64,000 nucleotides of DNA from a virus (taxonomy: Duplodnaviria > Caudoviricetes), in the IMG/VR virus record IMGVR_UViG_3300013426_000014, positions 96,001 through 160,000 of that record; one strand, given 5' to 3'. The position numbers and the translations under genes are program-made. A model generated the notes under the pieces. It was not told the origin of the DNA, made no database searches, and saw only the letters and a program-made list of their open reading frames with translations. Positions within the stretch are counted from its first letter, which is position 1, and every line of letters starts with the position of its first letter. Shown here piece after piece: positions 1 to 11,219 of the stretch.

Positions 1-522
1 CAGGAGCCGCTTTTATTCTGGCTGCAGGGTGTCGACCAGCAGACGGTCAAGGTGATAATAAGCTGGATAACGGGCGCGCTGCTGCCGGTGATAGCACTCG
101 GCATGACCGGGATGGTCGCGTCGAATATCAGGCTTGTCCGCGGCGCCGGTGATTTACCAGCGGAGAATGACGCTGAAACCGCGGTGAATGTCGCCGATAA
201 GCCGGTTCTGGGGATAGAACATGCGCATCCTGCCGAAAACTCAGACGCGCCGGTCAACGATACCGATGCTCCGGATTCGTCGGATGAAAATGTGGCATCA
301 GACTTGTCAATTGACATGGATGAAGCCGCGCCCGTGAATTCTGCCGACGAGACGGTTGTCGATGATATGAAGTTTCCTGTAGAGGAAACTGCCCGCACGA
401 CTGGCCCGACTGATGACGCGGTCAAGATAAACATGCTTGAACCTGTCATACCGGACGACGGATCATCCGGCGGGCGGACCGAACTTCGTTTCATGCCGCG
501 GAATCTTAAACGTAAAAGGTAA
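1..522 (+). CDS. Membrane protein with acidic low-complexity C-terminal tail (5'-partial)
   Basis: Frame is open from base 1 (QEPLLFWLQG...VIISWITGALLPVIALGMTGMVA hydrophobic helix), followed by a D/E/P-rich tail and a TAA stop. Confidence 0.7.
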   Translation, partial: QEPLLFWLQGVDQQTVKVIISWITGALLPVIALGMTGMVASNIRLVRGAGDLPAENDAETAVNVADKPVLGIEHAHPAENSDAPVNDTDAPDSSDENVASDLSIDMDEAAPVNSADETVVDDMKFPVEETARTTGPTDDAVKINMLEPVIPDDGSSGGRTELRFMPRNLKRKR

Positions 523-540
523 CATCTTGACATATAATAA

Positions 541-569
541 AAAATGGACGGTTGAATACCGTCCATTTT
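541..569. terminator. Bidirectional rho-independent terminator
   Basis: AAAATGGACGGT-TGAAT-ACCGTCCATTTT perfect hairpin with A/T tails between convergent genes. Confidence 0.85.
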
Positions 570-588
570 CATATACGCGTTCTGGTTG

Positions 589-1365
589 CTACCCTATCAT
601 CACCTTGTTCGACAGCACTGAGTTTATCTGAAACGGGTCCGGGTTGCTTGGCGTCACCGGATATTTCTGTGCGATTTCCGACGCGAGCAGTCTGAGAACC
701 TTGACCAGCTCTTCGCCCAGTACGGCGTGCTGGTTGGCGCCGGCGCCCAACGTCACGGTGTTGCCGTCCAGGTTGATTGTCGACCCGTCCACGTTCACTT
801 CGTTCGCGCCAGATATGTTGACGGATGAGTTGCCCGCTATGGTTATTTTCCCGTCCTGCATTTGTATCACGCTCGACATCCCCTGATGCGCTATTGTCAG
901 CATAGAGTCCGGCGTTATCTGTATATAGCTTCCCTGATAGTATATCCTGAGACCGGTGTTCACCTGGAACACGACCGCGAGATCCCGTTCTGAGTCATAT
1001 GCCAACACATGCGTCCCCTGATAGTCATCTCGCACGAAATCGGCGAGATTCGGGTCGACGTTCTGAATGGCGGTGTATTCACCCGACAGTATGTCGTCAT
1101 TCGCGAATCTTACCCTGACTATCGCGCCGACTTTAGGGACAGACAGCGATCCGGATCCGATCCCGTTGCCGGCGCTGCCTGAGAATATGTTCGAACTTAT
1201 CGGCGCGAACCACGGCAGCATGTCATCCGGTATACTGTAGTTTCCCTGATCGTCCGTCGAGTCGAGCAGACCGAACACACGGACCTTACACCGTCCCGAA
1301 AAGTCCGGGTCGTCCGTGTAAACGACCCTGCCTATATAGTTTTGTTTCGACAGGTCTTTTGTCAT
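589..1365 (-). CDS. Baseplate hub/spike protein, T4 gp5/VgrG-like OB-fold plus beta-helix
   Basis: YIGRVVYTDDPDFSGRCKVRVFGL...PWFAP...SVPKVGAIVRVRF OB-fold signature; C-terminal beta repeats and AVLGEEL. Confidence 0.8.
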   Translation of the reverse strand: MTKDLSKQNYIGRVVYTDDPDFSGRCKVRVFGLLDSTDDQGNYSIPDDMLPWFAPISSNIFSGSAGNGIGSGSLSVPKVGAIVRVRFANDDILSGEYTAIQNVDPNLADFVRDDYQGTHVLAYDSERDLAVVFQVNTGLRIYYQGSYIQITPDSMLTIAHQGMSSVIQMQDGKITIAGNSSVNISGANEVNVDGSTINLDGNTVTLGAGANQHAVLGEELVKVLRLLASEIAQKYPVTPSNPDPFQINSVLSNKVMIG

Positions 1366-1369
1366 ATTG

Positions 1370-4300
1370 TTATTCTGTCTGTTTCTTTATGCTCGCGTCG
1401 GTTGTCGACCTGAACGGCGCTGGATTCTCGACCGGGCCGACCGGTCTCAAATAAAGCCGTCTGTCGACGTTTTCCATGTAATCCTGTATAGTTATATCCT
1501 TTTTCTTGCCGGCTTCATCTGTGGCTTCGAAAACAGCCTTTATGATTGTCTTTTCCTCCGCTGTCATCCCGTCCGGGTTCTTGTATGCGGCGATCACAGT
1601 TTTTTTGAAGTCTGACGCGTTGTCGCCGGCGATTTTTTTGATTTCTGACTTTCTGAGCACCGCATATACGGCCGCGGCCGTCGTTTTTATACGGTTGTTC
1701 CCGTCCGTCGCCTTCGACAGCGCGTAACGTCGGAGTTCCGTCAGCATGTCGGCGAATCCGGACGGCAGCGATTTTTTCTTTTCTGATATTGACACGTCCG
1801 CCGGCATATCGATCTCCGTCGCCGGTCTGTCCGCCGCCGCGTTGATGTCATCGACCGCCGCCTTGAGCTCCGCCATGTTCGACGCGGACCGTTTTTCGCC
1901 GGCGCCGTCGACATCTACCGTCATGCCGGCGAATATCTTGAAGAAGTCGTCCATCTCGTCTGATGTCAGGTCGGCGTCATCCAGTATTTTCGCTATCGAT
2001 ATGACGTGATCCGTCGTTGTGTCCAGTGATTCCGCGATCTTCTTTATCTCGTCGAGCGTCGGCTTGCTTGTGCTTGTTCCGTCCTCTTTGTACGGCGATT
2101 TTATTGAACTATTCTTTTCCGGCCCGTATTGCGGGTAATCCACCGGGCTTGACACTTTATTGTGGATGTGTCCATCGCCGTCTATTTCGGGTGACTGTAT
2201 AACGTCGCTTTTCTCGTCGTCTTCTGTATCCTCATATGGATTTGTCATACTGGATCTCTCGCCGTCGGCGATGTCCTCGTACGGGTTGTCGACTGATTCC
2301 TTTTTCTCGTTTTCACCGTTGTCCTTGTACGGGTTGTCGAGATCCGGATTCTTCCTGTCTGCAGTGTCCTTGTACGGGTTGTCTATATCGATCCGTTTGC
2401 TTTCTGCTGTTTCCTCATACGGATCGTTGATGTCGGTCCGCCTGACGTCTTCCGTTTCTTCGTATGGGTTGTCAAGATCTGTTTTCTTCGCGTCGGCGCC
2501 GTCTTCATACGGATCGTTGATGTCAGTCCGCTTGACGTCTTCCGTTTCCTCATATGGGTTGTCGACGTTTTCTTTCCTGCCATCCAGCCCGTCCTCGTAC
2601 GGTGAGTCTATAAAGTCGTCCGGGATGTAGTCTGAATCGATCCCGATTTTTGATATGTTCCCGTCGTCCCGCGTCGCCTCTGAAAGATGCCGGAACATTC
2701 CCTCGTTCTCATTGTATTGCCTGTTGAAATCCTCATAGTTTGTGTATATCGAGTCGTGCCCGTTGCTGACGCGGTCCCGGTCGGTCGCCGACGGCGGCAT
2801 CGGATCCGGATATCCGGCGGAGAACATGCCCTCATGCTCGTGCTCCGCCCCATACGGCTCCGGCGCGCGCATCGTCCCGTCTGGCTCGCTGCCGTATACC
2901 GACACGTCCTGTATGGTTCCGGCCGCTCTGTCCGGCTCGTCCGTGTACGGGTTGTCCACCGTGTCCGAATGGTATTCAGTCCCGTATATCGACACGTCTT
3001 CTATCTTCCGCGTCTTTTCCGTGTCGTCCGGAATGTCTGGCGTCATGACGTCCTCATGATGGACGGACGCATCCTGCCTGTTTGTTGTCATGACGCTTTT
3101 CTTGTAGTTCGACATGATTTCCTCCGCCGCGATTTTCTTCTCGATCGCCGTCGCCGTTGACACAGGCATCTTCGCGATTTCTTTGATGTATGTTTTGAAT
3201 GCGTTGTCCGCCAGCGTTATATTTCGATTTTTCTTATCCTGCTCTTTTAATTCCGAACTCTTGTTCATTGCATCGCGGATGGTGGCGTACATGGTGACTA
3301 TATCTTTGGAGTTCAACGCGTTCATCGCCTCGTTAAATGTCGGTCCTTTACCAATCGGCGTGTTCATCAGTTTCTTCAGCGCGTCATTCGCCTTGTTGTC
3401 GAGTCAGTTGACGCCGTACGTTATCGCGTTGTTTATCGTCGACTGCAGCAGTCCGCCGACCATGCCGGATTTTGACGGCTGAGATTCATAATACGCGTTG
3501 CTGTCGGTTCCACTGAATTTTGTGTATCCGCCGCGGCCGTATTTCGTGTCGAGCATATCCATGACGGTATATTTCGCCGACCCGTACGACGTCGTCCTGT
3601 ACAGTTCCTCGTCGTCTATCCTGTCGTAGTTGCCGTACGCGTTTACGCTCGCCCCTGCCGCGTTGTTGACTTTCTCCGCCGATGTGTAAGTCATCGCCTT
3701 GTCACCGGATAGCGGGTATGCCTGTGCTTCTGATATGTTCCCGACCCGTATCTTGATCTGCAGGTCCTCTGCCGCTTCCTTATTAGACGAAGACAGCTGA
3801 CCGAGGTGCTGCATCGTGTCGTCAATTACGAACTCGCACTGGTTGCATGTCACACATATGGTCGGCATGTAGTCGTTCAGCGAGTTGTTCATCATCCCCC
3901 ACGCGTCAGTCGACGTGAACTTGCCGATCCATGACTTGACCGTGTTCAGTACGCCGGATATCGTATCCAACACCTTGAGCCGGCCCCGCGCCATGTCGTT
4001 GACCGACTCGTTCGCCGGCGATTCAGACGATCTGTTGCTTATGTGGAAGTTGCGAATTTCCGATACATATATTTTCATCTGAAAGTACCGCATCATGTCA
4101 GGCAGGACCCACCGCTGGTATACGTCGTCCCACGCTATCTTCCTGTACATGCTGAGCATTTCCGTTATCCTGAGATCGAGCGCCTCGTGACACTTTATCG
4201 TCAGTATCCCGTTTTCCGGCGTTATCCTTATCCCCGCCGCCGGGTCGACCTTCAGCAGTCCGGAAAGTCCCTCCACTGATTTGAAGTAATAAGGGTAATC

Positions 4301-4777
4301 ATTCTGGATCGACATCAGCATCGATCTGAACTTTGACAGCATCCCGGCGCGGGTCGACTCCTTCTGGTCGACAAGGTAGTCGTATGTCGAGTAGTTCTTC
4401 TCGTTCGTGTACTCATCGTCCGCGGCGGTCGGCTCGGCCGACCCGTTGTCCCAGTTGATCCTGTCGGTCAGCGGCGTGTTCGCCGCCTCCATCACAGAGA
4501 ACAACCCCGGATCCGTCTTCGTCTTGCTCGTCGGTGGGGCGAGCAGCGGCATGGGCATGTCGTTGTAACTGTTTTCCGATGACGGGTTTTCGAATGTGAA
4601 CGCGATCCGGAACGTCAGGTATGTCGGCTCGTCGTAATCGCCCTTGAAATATGAATTCTTCGGGGCGTTGTTATGAAAATCGTTCAGGAACGCGCGCCGG
4701 ATACTCTCGTTCCCGCGGTCCTTGCCGTTCAGTATCGACGGCCCTGATATGGGGAACACCCCCGTTGTCTTGCCCAT
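1370..4777 (-). CDS. Virion structural protein (tail-tube-like N-domain, acidic repeat C-domain), 1135 aa with TGA=Trp
   Basis: ORFs 3404..4777 and 1370..3367 are in frame, joined by TGA at 3404-3406 (YGVN-W-LDNKANDALKKLMNTP); lies in the baseplate operon. Confidence 0.75.
2200..2610 (-). repeat. About 9 tandem 15-aa (45-nt) coding repeats, consensus (D/N)(N/D)PYE(E/D)xxDxK(R/K)xD(I/L)
   Basis: DSPYEDGLDGRKENV/DNPYEETEDVKRTDI/NDPYEDGADAKKTDL/DNPYEETEDVRRTDI/NDPYEETAESKRIDI/DNPYKDTADRKNPDL etc. Confidence 0.85.
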
Positions 4778-4780
4778 CCG

Positions 4781-6403
4781 TTATTTCGATTTCTTTTCCG
4801 TCTCGTCCGTGTAAGGCGCCGGTCATTCCCTCCGTTTCAGTATGAACTCCGTTTTGTATCCGACCATCTTGTCGTCGTCGCTTTTCGGATGTTCGTACCT
4901 GTATGTGACACCGGCGACGTAATACCAGCCGGAGTAGAATATGTTAAAGCCCGCCGCGATTTTGTCGCCATTGACTACTTGCGCCATAGTGTTTGACGGC
5001 ATATATAGGATCACCGGTATTTTCTCGCCGCGTATTATCTGGGTATTCAACCCATTGACTTTCACTTTAATATAGAGTTTGTCCAGCTCCTTGCTATTTA
5101 TCAGGTTGTGATATTCCGCCCTATTATAGTTCGCGTGCGTATTGCCTGACCATGTGTTCGTGCTCATCATGTCCTCTGAATCGTCGTCTGACATGACGTA
5201 TTCGATTCCGGATCACGGTTTTCTGATATATATGTCCTTGTAACTGTAGTTCGCGCGGGACTGTCTTTTCGCCGACGCGTCCGACGCGGAGCTGTCTGCC
5301 GCCCTGCCGCGGAGGATGATATGGTCATTGATTTTTGTCTGGTTATATGCCGGGACGTTCGACAGGTTTTCAAGCGGGTCGTCTTCGTTGTTGTATATGT
5401 TCTGGTTGTGTCTGAACGCGCCGGATATGATCTCTGTACCGATGTCGAACGTGACCGACGTCGACTTGTTCTCGACCGACCAGTCTGTTATGTAAAATAC
5501 CGTGTTCTTGAACACTTCGTTGTTTATCAGCCCTTTATAACAGATTTCGGCATTCTTCTGTTCCGACGATTCCGGATTCGGGTTGAGCCACGCTGTGCGC
5601 ATCGCCGACGTGATCGCGGCCACGTCCATGCTTGTGTCCGGCGAGTTGATGCACTTGTTCACCTCGACGTACGTCAGGTTGTAATATGGATCAAATCAAG
5701 CGTCGTAAAATGAAGTCTCATCCTTCCATGAGTGCCGCATCACATTTTTGATGTAGTCACGGACGGACTGTGTGTAGCACAGTCACAGCTGCGTGTCGTC
5801 CGACTCGTCCTCGTCGTTGGACGCGAATCCTGCGCCCAGCCGTCGGGCGGTGTCCTTCATCGCGTCTTTCGACGTTCCGATGAATCCGAAACAGCTTTTG
5901 TCTGTGTCAAGGCCGGGTATGAACATGTCGCCAGACATCGATATCGTCTGCTTTCCCGCCCCCGTCACCCCGGCGCCGGACGTCGTCATGCTTTTGATGA
6001 CGAAATCACACCGCAATGTCTTGTACACATCGTTCTTCGGCCGGAGGGCGACCGATATCATGTCGCCGTCCTTCGGCGTGTTTTTTATCAGGAACGTGTT
6101 CGCGTTCGGACGGATGACGAGCGTGATCCGCGGCAGGAACCCGGTCGCGTCTATTGAGAATCATGATATGTCAGATTGTTCGACGATATAGTCGTTCACG
6201 CGGATTACCGGAAGTTCGAAACCCTCTGTCTGAGGGACCGATCTTGTCTCGCCCGGGTTTTCCATGTTGGGTATCGACAGCTCGTCGAGCTCTATCGTCG
6301 GCTTGATTTCCGGATCGGCGTACACGCGGACGATTCCGTCCGGATCCTGCCCGGCGGACGCGTCCGACGCCGTGCCGACTCCGGTGAATTTGTAATCCGC
6401 CAT
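4781..6403 (-). CDS. Baseplate hub protein (T4 gp27/GpD-like), 540 aa with TGA=Trp
   Basis: Four track ORFs are in one frame joined by TGA (6161, 5783, ~5697, 5213, 4823); C-terminus SGWYYVAGVTYRY...YKTEFILKRREWP is typical of hub proteins. Confidence 0.7.
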
Positions 6404-6404
6404 A

Positions 6405-7580
6405 TTAGCCCTTTATCTTGTTTTTGATACTGTCCGTCATGTAGTCGCCGGCCGACATGCCGTTGTCCGCGCATCCGACGCTCGTGTCAGACCCGAAATA
6501 AACGCGACCGTTCTTCGTCTCGACGCCGGATTTGTCGATCATGCCGGAGTTCGGTGAGACAACAGATGACTTATCCGCTGCTTTCTGACTCGCGATGTTC
6601 TGGATCGCCGCCGGTGTCATACCGGCCGCGGCGAGTGTTCTTGCGGCGTTGCCTGATGCCCCGCCTCCATTGACGGCGCTGATCACGTCGTTTATATAAC
6701 TGTTTGACATACCTGCGTCACGAAGTGATTTCACTGTGTCCGCATACGCGCCGGATTCAGCGCCGGATGTGGCCGCGCGCATCAGGTCGACCGTCATGTC
6801 GGCGACATTGATATCCGATATTATCTCGTCTGCAGTTCTCACCGCGCCGCCCTGTCCGTACTCGCCAGATATGATGTTTGCCGTCATATTCGACAGACTG
6901 TCTGTCGTTGATTCAGCAACAGACGATATCCCGGACGCCGCATTCTTGCCAACGCTTCCGTTGTATGAGCTCATTATCGACGACAGGCTGTTCGCGGTCC
7001 TTAATGACGAATTTCCTTTCGACGAATAGTTCGTGGCGTTTGCTCCAAAATAGACACGGCCGTTCTTTATCTCGACCGCCGGCACACCGATACCAGCCAT
7101 GTTCGGCGGTAGCACCGCCGCGGCCTGTTTGCCGGAGGCCGACATCCTTCTGTTTTTCGACACGACCGCCGCGTTCCGCTGCGACCCCGCCGTGTCAGGC
7201 GCTTTCGACCTGTCGATGTACTTACTTAGCAACGCCCCGTTATTTTTTGTCCGGACGGATGAATCCGTATCGTATGATGGTTCGTACACGTTGTTGTAAA
7301 CGCTCTGCAACGACACGAGATTGATGACATCATCTTTCTGTATTGTGAAAGGGTTGCGGAAATCATTATATGCGCATACGATTTCCGTGTATTTGTCTGT
7401 CCCGTACATCGACAGCGACACTTTGTCCGGCCGCATCTCCATGTCATCCGGGACTTTGTACACGGAATACAGCTCGACCTCTGCTCCGTCAGGGTTGAGG
7501 AAACTCTCGCCTATATCGGTCGTCTCGACCCCGTATTCGTCGATAAACAGCGGTTTTTCGTCTATACTTTTGTCGAACAT
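6405..7580 (-). CDS. Baseplate wedge protein, T4 gp53/LysM-like N-domain
   Basis: YKVPDDMEMRPDKVSLSMYGTDKYTEIVCAYNDFRNPFTIQKDDVI; internal duplicated KNGRVYFG motif. Confidence 0.7.
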   Translation of the reverse strand: MFDKSIDEKPLFIDEYGVETTDIGESFLNPDGAEVELYSVYKVPDDMEMRPDKVSLSMYGTDKYTEIVCAYNDFRNPFTIQKDDVINLVSLQSVYNNVYEPSYDTDSSVRTKNNGALLSKYIDRSKAPDTAGSQRNAAVVSKNRRMSASGKQAAAVLPPNMAGIGVPAVEIKNGRVYFGANATNYSSKGNSSLRTANSLSSIMSSYNGSVGKNAASGISSVAESTTDSLSNMTANIISGEYGQGGAVRTADEIISDINVADMTVDLMRAATSGAESGAYADTVKSLRDAGMSNSYINDVISAVNGGGASGNAARTLAAAGMTPAAIQNIASQKAADKSSVVSPNSGMIDKSGVETKNGRVYFGSDTSVGCADNGMSAGDYMTDSIKNKIKG

Positions 7581-7584
7581 TCCG

Positions 7585-9636
7585 TTACATTATGTTTTTG
7601 ATGGCCCATGGCGCCAGTACATGACTTGACAGTCCGATGCTGGTCGAGCTCGCCGCGGCAAGATCGGATATCGTGTCGAGATCGTTCTGTGCCGACGAGT
7701 TCGTGAATTTGAGTGTGCTACCGGTGGACTGATATCCCGGCTTGAGCCGCATCTCACCCATCGATCTGCCGTTCCGCCCTTGCCCCGTGATGACCGGTCC
7801 AATCAGGTCCGGCTTGCTGGACGTGCTCTGTGTTTGGTCATCGACCTTTGTCTGCTTGTCTGCGGATGACGACATGTCGTCGGATATCTCGTATATCCGG
7901 CCGGCGCCGCGGTTGAACATTGACTCTATCGCGTCCCTGTCACGCGGCATGCCGTGCTTGAGTGTTATCGTAGCGGTGAATCCTATCGGGAAGTCGTCTG
8001 GTCCCAACTCGTCGTCGAAGTCGATCTTAAGACTGTCACACACGAGGTTCCCGATCATCGCTATGGGATTCATCGGGTTCCCTATTGTCAGGTGTCAGTC
8101 GCCGATCGGCTCGCCGGTGAACAACGCTCGCATGCCGGTGAGGTATGGCACCGTGCCGACATTATGCCGCATCTCGTTTCCGAGCACCGGCATCATGTGT
8201 TTTGTTATGTCCGACAGCGTCATGTTATCTATATTAAGACCCTTGAACGGATCTCCGCTCGAGAATATGCTTGACACCGCCGTGCTGAGCCATGTCGCCG
8301 CGTCCTTGAGCACCGATCCGAGACCGGAAAGCAGCTGTTTTCCGACATCGCCGATCTTGTAGTCCTGTGACGATTTGCCGGCGAGACGCTGCGAGAATAT
8401 GTCAACTAACGTCTCAGCCGCACCGGGCGTGCGCTGCCCGTCCTTCCCGTAAGTCGTGAGCAGCTGTCCCTTGTACATCTTCGAGAAGAACGCGCTGTTG
8501 TTGAAAGGGTATCTGTTCGGCTCGAGCATAAACCTGTGTGCGCCGCCGAAGAACTGAGCCGACGCGGAGCACATGGTCATTATGTTGCCGAGTATGTCGA
8601 GTAGCGCGGCTTTCGCGTTGATTCCGCCGACCGGCCTTGCGACGTAATGGAATTTCAGTGTCAGCCCGTCCATTGAAAACTTGAGACCGCGCTTCCGCTT
8701 CATCACCTTGTTTATGACGTTGACAGGCCCGATCACCCTGTTTTCGTAAGGCCCGTTGCTGTATGGATCCGGTGGCAGGCCATTCGCCTCCGCCGCGTTG
8801 AACTCGTCCGGATTGAATATTCCCATGACGTCGACTATCGATCTCGCATGCTGTGATATCCAGTTGTTTGACCCGAACATGTTGAGTGTTTCCTCCATGC
8901 CCTCTGTCTGACCGGTGACGTCTCATATGTCAGACTGTATCTCGTCCCATTCAAGACCCGTCGTGAAGCTGAGTATGTCTGACAGTTTGTTGTCGGTCCC
9001 CCCGCCGAAATATGTCACCGCCGTCGCGAGCGGATGCATGCGGGTTTTTACGTCCGTCCCGCCGCTTTCCTTCCCGCTCTTATCGACTTCCGTACTGCTT
9101 GTCATGGTGGGGTAGTTCAGATTGTCGAGTATCGGATTTGGATAACGTCGCAGCGTTATCATCCTGTTGTTCGGTATCTTGTTCCAGTATTTGCAGAATA
9201 CAAAGTCCTGATATTGGTACGGCGTTCTTGATCACGTATCGCCGTTGCCCCAGTTTATTATCGCGGCGGTGGTCGGGTTTTTCGCGTAACCACCTTTGTC
9301 GTCTGTCCCGTTTATCTCGTAATATTTACGTGATTTGGAGCTGTCAATCAAGTATTTGCCGCCATGCGCCCCGTACAGTCTCGTCATCGTGTACGGATTC
9401 ATCAGAGAATTCGTGACGGCCCACGGTGAGTTGCTGTCATTATGCATGCTGTCCTTAATTGCAGCCGCCCTTGTTTTCGCCGCGTCGTCATTCTTGATGC
9501 TGTATTCATCCGGCACGATACCGGTCGTCGCGAATGCCTTGATATCCGACATCGGTGACACTATGTAAGAATCACTCGCGCTCTGCTCGAATGATATCAC
9601 GCGGTCCAGCCGCTTGTCCCATGGAGATCCGGCCAT
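7585..9636 (-). CDS. Baseplate/tail-tube-cap-like structural protein, 683 aa with TGA=Trp
   Basis: Four in-frame ORFs joined by TGA at 9232, 8923, 8095 (GEPIGD-W-HLTIGNPMNPIAMIGNL); tube-like C-terminus ELGPDDFPIGFTATITLKH. Confidence 0.7.
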
Positions 9637-9647
9637 CGTCTAATTCT

Positions 9648-11153
9648 TTATTTTTCCTTTCATACGTACGGCATGTTGAGATGCACGTCCGCCGAGTCGT
9701 TTATTATCGCGTGGCTGTCGTCCGGTATCTCGCTCGTCACGATGTCCTGTATGCGTGCGGAGACACTCGTGTTCGCTGTATCGTACAGTCTGATGTTCGT
9801 TACTCACATGTCCGACGCTGGTATTGCGAATCCTGATATGGAACCGCCGTTCCACCGCATCGGCGACTCGACGACACTGTACGTCTTAAGCTTTGGATCC
9901 GCCCCGTACAGGGTGACATCCGCGCTTTTCCCCATGTTGATCACGATGCCGTATCATGCGTCATTCTTGACTTGCGTCCGGAGATCCACGACAGTCTCGT
10001 CCTCCCCGCACGTGATAGACACGAACCTTCCGCTTATCAGCCGTATCTCGATTCCGTCGACACCGTTACCCTTCAGCAACGTATAAACCAAAGCCTTTCC
10101 TATCTTGTATCCGTCGAGTGACGGCCAGTTCGACGGCAGTTTTCTCGTCACATCCGCCGGGACGGTGAGCGTATTGTCTTTGACTACGCCGTACAGTTTG
10201 ACCGCGCCCCGTTCCGCGTACGCCGGCCCGTCCTCCATCAGTCCTGCCGGGAGCGCGACCGATGTTGATCTCGCTGTCCGGACCACTTTTCCGAATTTTA
10301 CCGGGCTCATGTCGGATGATCCGTGAAGGTTCACCCACGCCGACAGACAGCGTGTGTCGTCCGCCGTTCATGAGTCTTTCACCATGTATGTGACGACTGA
10401 CTCGTCTGACACCGCCATGCAGTCGTAATATGACCGCGCGACGAGATGTCCGTCGACCTTCAACCCGTCCGGCATGTTGACCGCGACCGTCACTTTCCTT
10501 TGTATTGATCCGGCGGTTTTCGACGCCGGGGACTTCTTGTATGGGTCCTTCACTGATGCTATCAACCCCGACGTCTGTGGATCATCGACGAGATCCTGTA
10601 TAGTTCCCGCTATCTCGCTGCCATATTGTTTCTCTGTGCTGACTGTATTCACGTCGATCGCCTCCGCCAGCGCGTCACCAGTATGCCTGTGCGCGGACGG
10701 CTGGTATTTCCGGCATGACAGCTTATATGACGTCACTTGCCCCGCCGTCTTGCCGGGGTTCATCGACGCGACCTCTCACAGCTTCTCCGTCATCGGTATC
10801 CATATTATGTCGCCCGCCTGAGGCACGGTCGCGTCATTCGACACAGCCGCCTCCCATGACTTTGTGTCAATTTCCAGTGTCAGCGGCGATTGATAGTCCA
10901 TGCCCAGCGTCGAGAATATGTATGAGCTCTCATCATACGACGTGTTCGAGTACATCATCTTGATCTCGAGCGGGCATTGCTCGACATTATACAGTGTGTA
11001 GTCGTGAAACAGGAAGTCTGATTCGCCCTTGACCGGCGTCGACCTGAAGTACATGACGTCCACGCCGGCCGTCTTGGTCGCGGCTGAATTAATTGTTGAC
11101 AGTATGCTGTTCGCGAACGCCGCGGCGGCGTCCTGCAGGTTTGTAGTCGACAT
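9648..11153 (-). CDS. Neck/head-completion protein (T4 gp14-like) with C-terminal extension, 501 aa with TGA=Trp
   Basis: PQAGDIIWIPMTEKL-W-EV resembles the gp14 PKEGDLIYFPM motif; fragments joined by TGA at 10776, 10368, 9954; TAA at 9648. Confidence 0.7.
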
Positions 11154-11179
11154 ATAAAAAAGAAATGACGTCTTTGCCT

Positions 11180-11187
11180 TATTTATC
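11180..11187 (-). promoter_or_regulatory. Putative late promoter GATAAATA
   Basis: About 26 nt upstream of the gp14-like ATG; the same octamer recurs before other structural operons. Confidence 0.6.
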
Positions 11188-11219
11188 GACAAAGACGTCA
11201 AATCCTGGTTTTTAACGCG

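Noticed and set aside
2200-2610. CRISPR array
   Set aside because: The repeats are degenerate, in-frame coding units without unique spacers, and no cas genes are present
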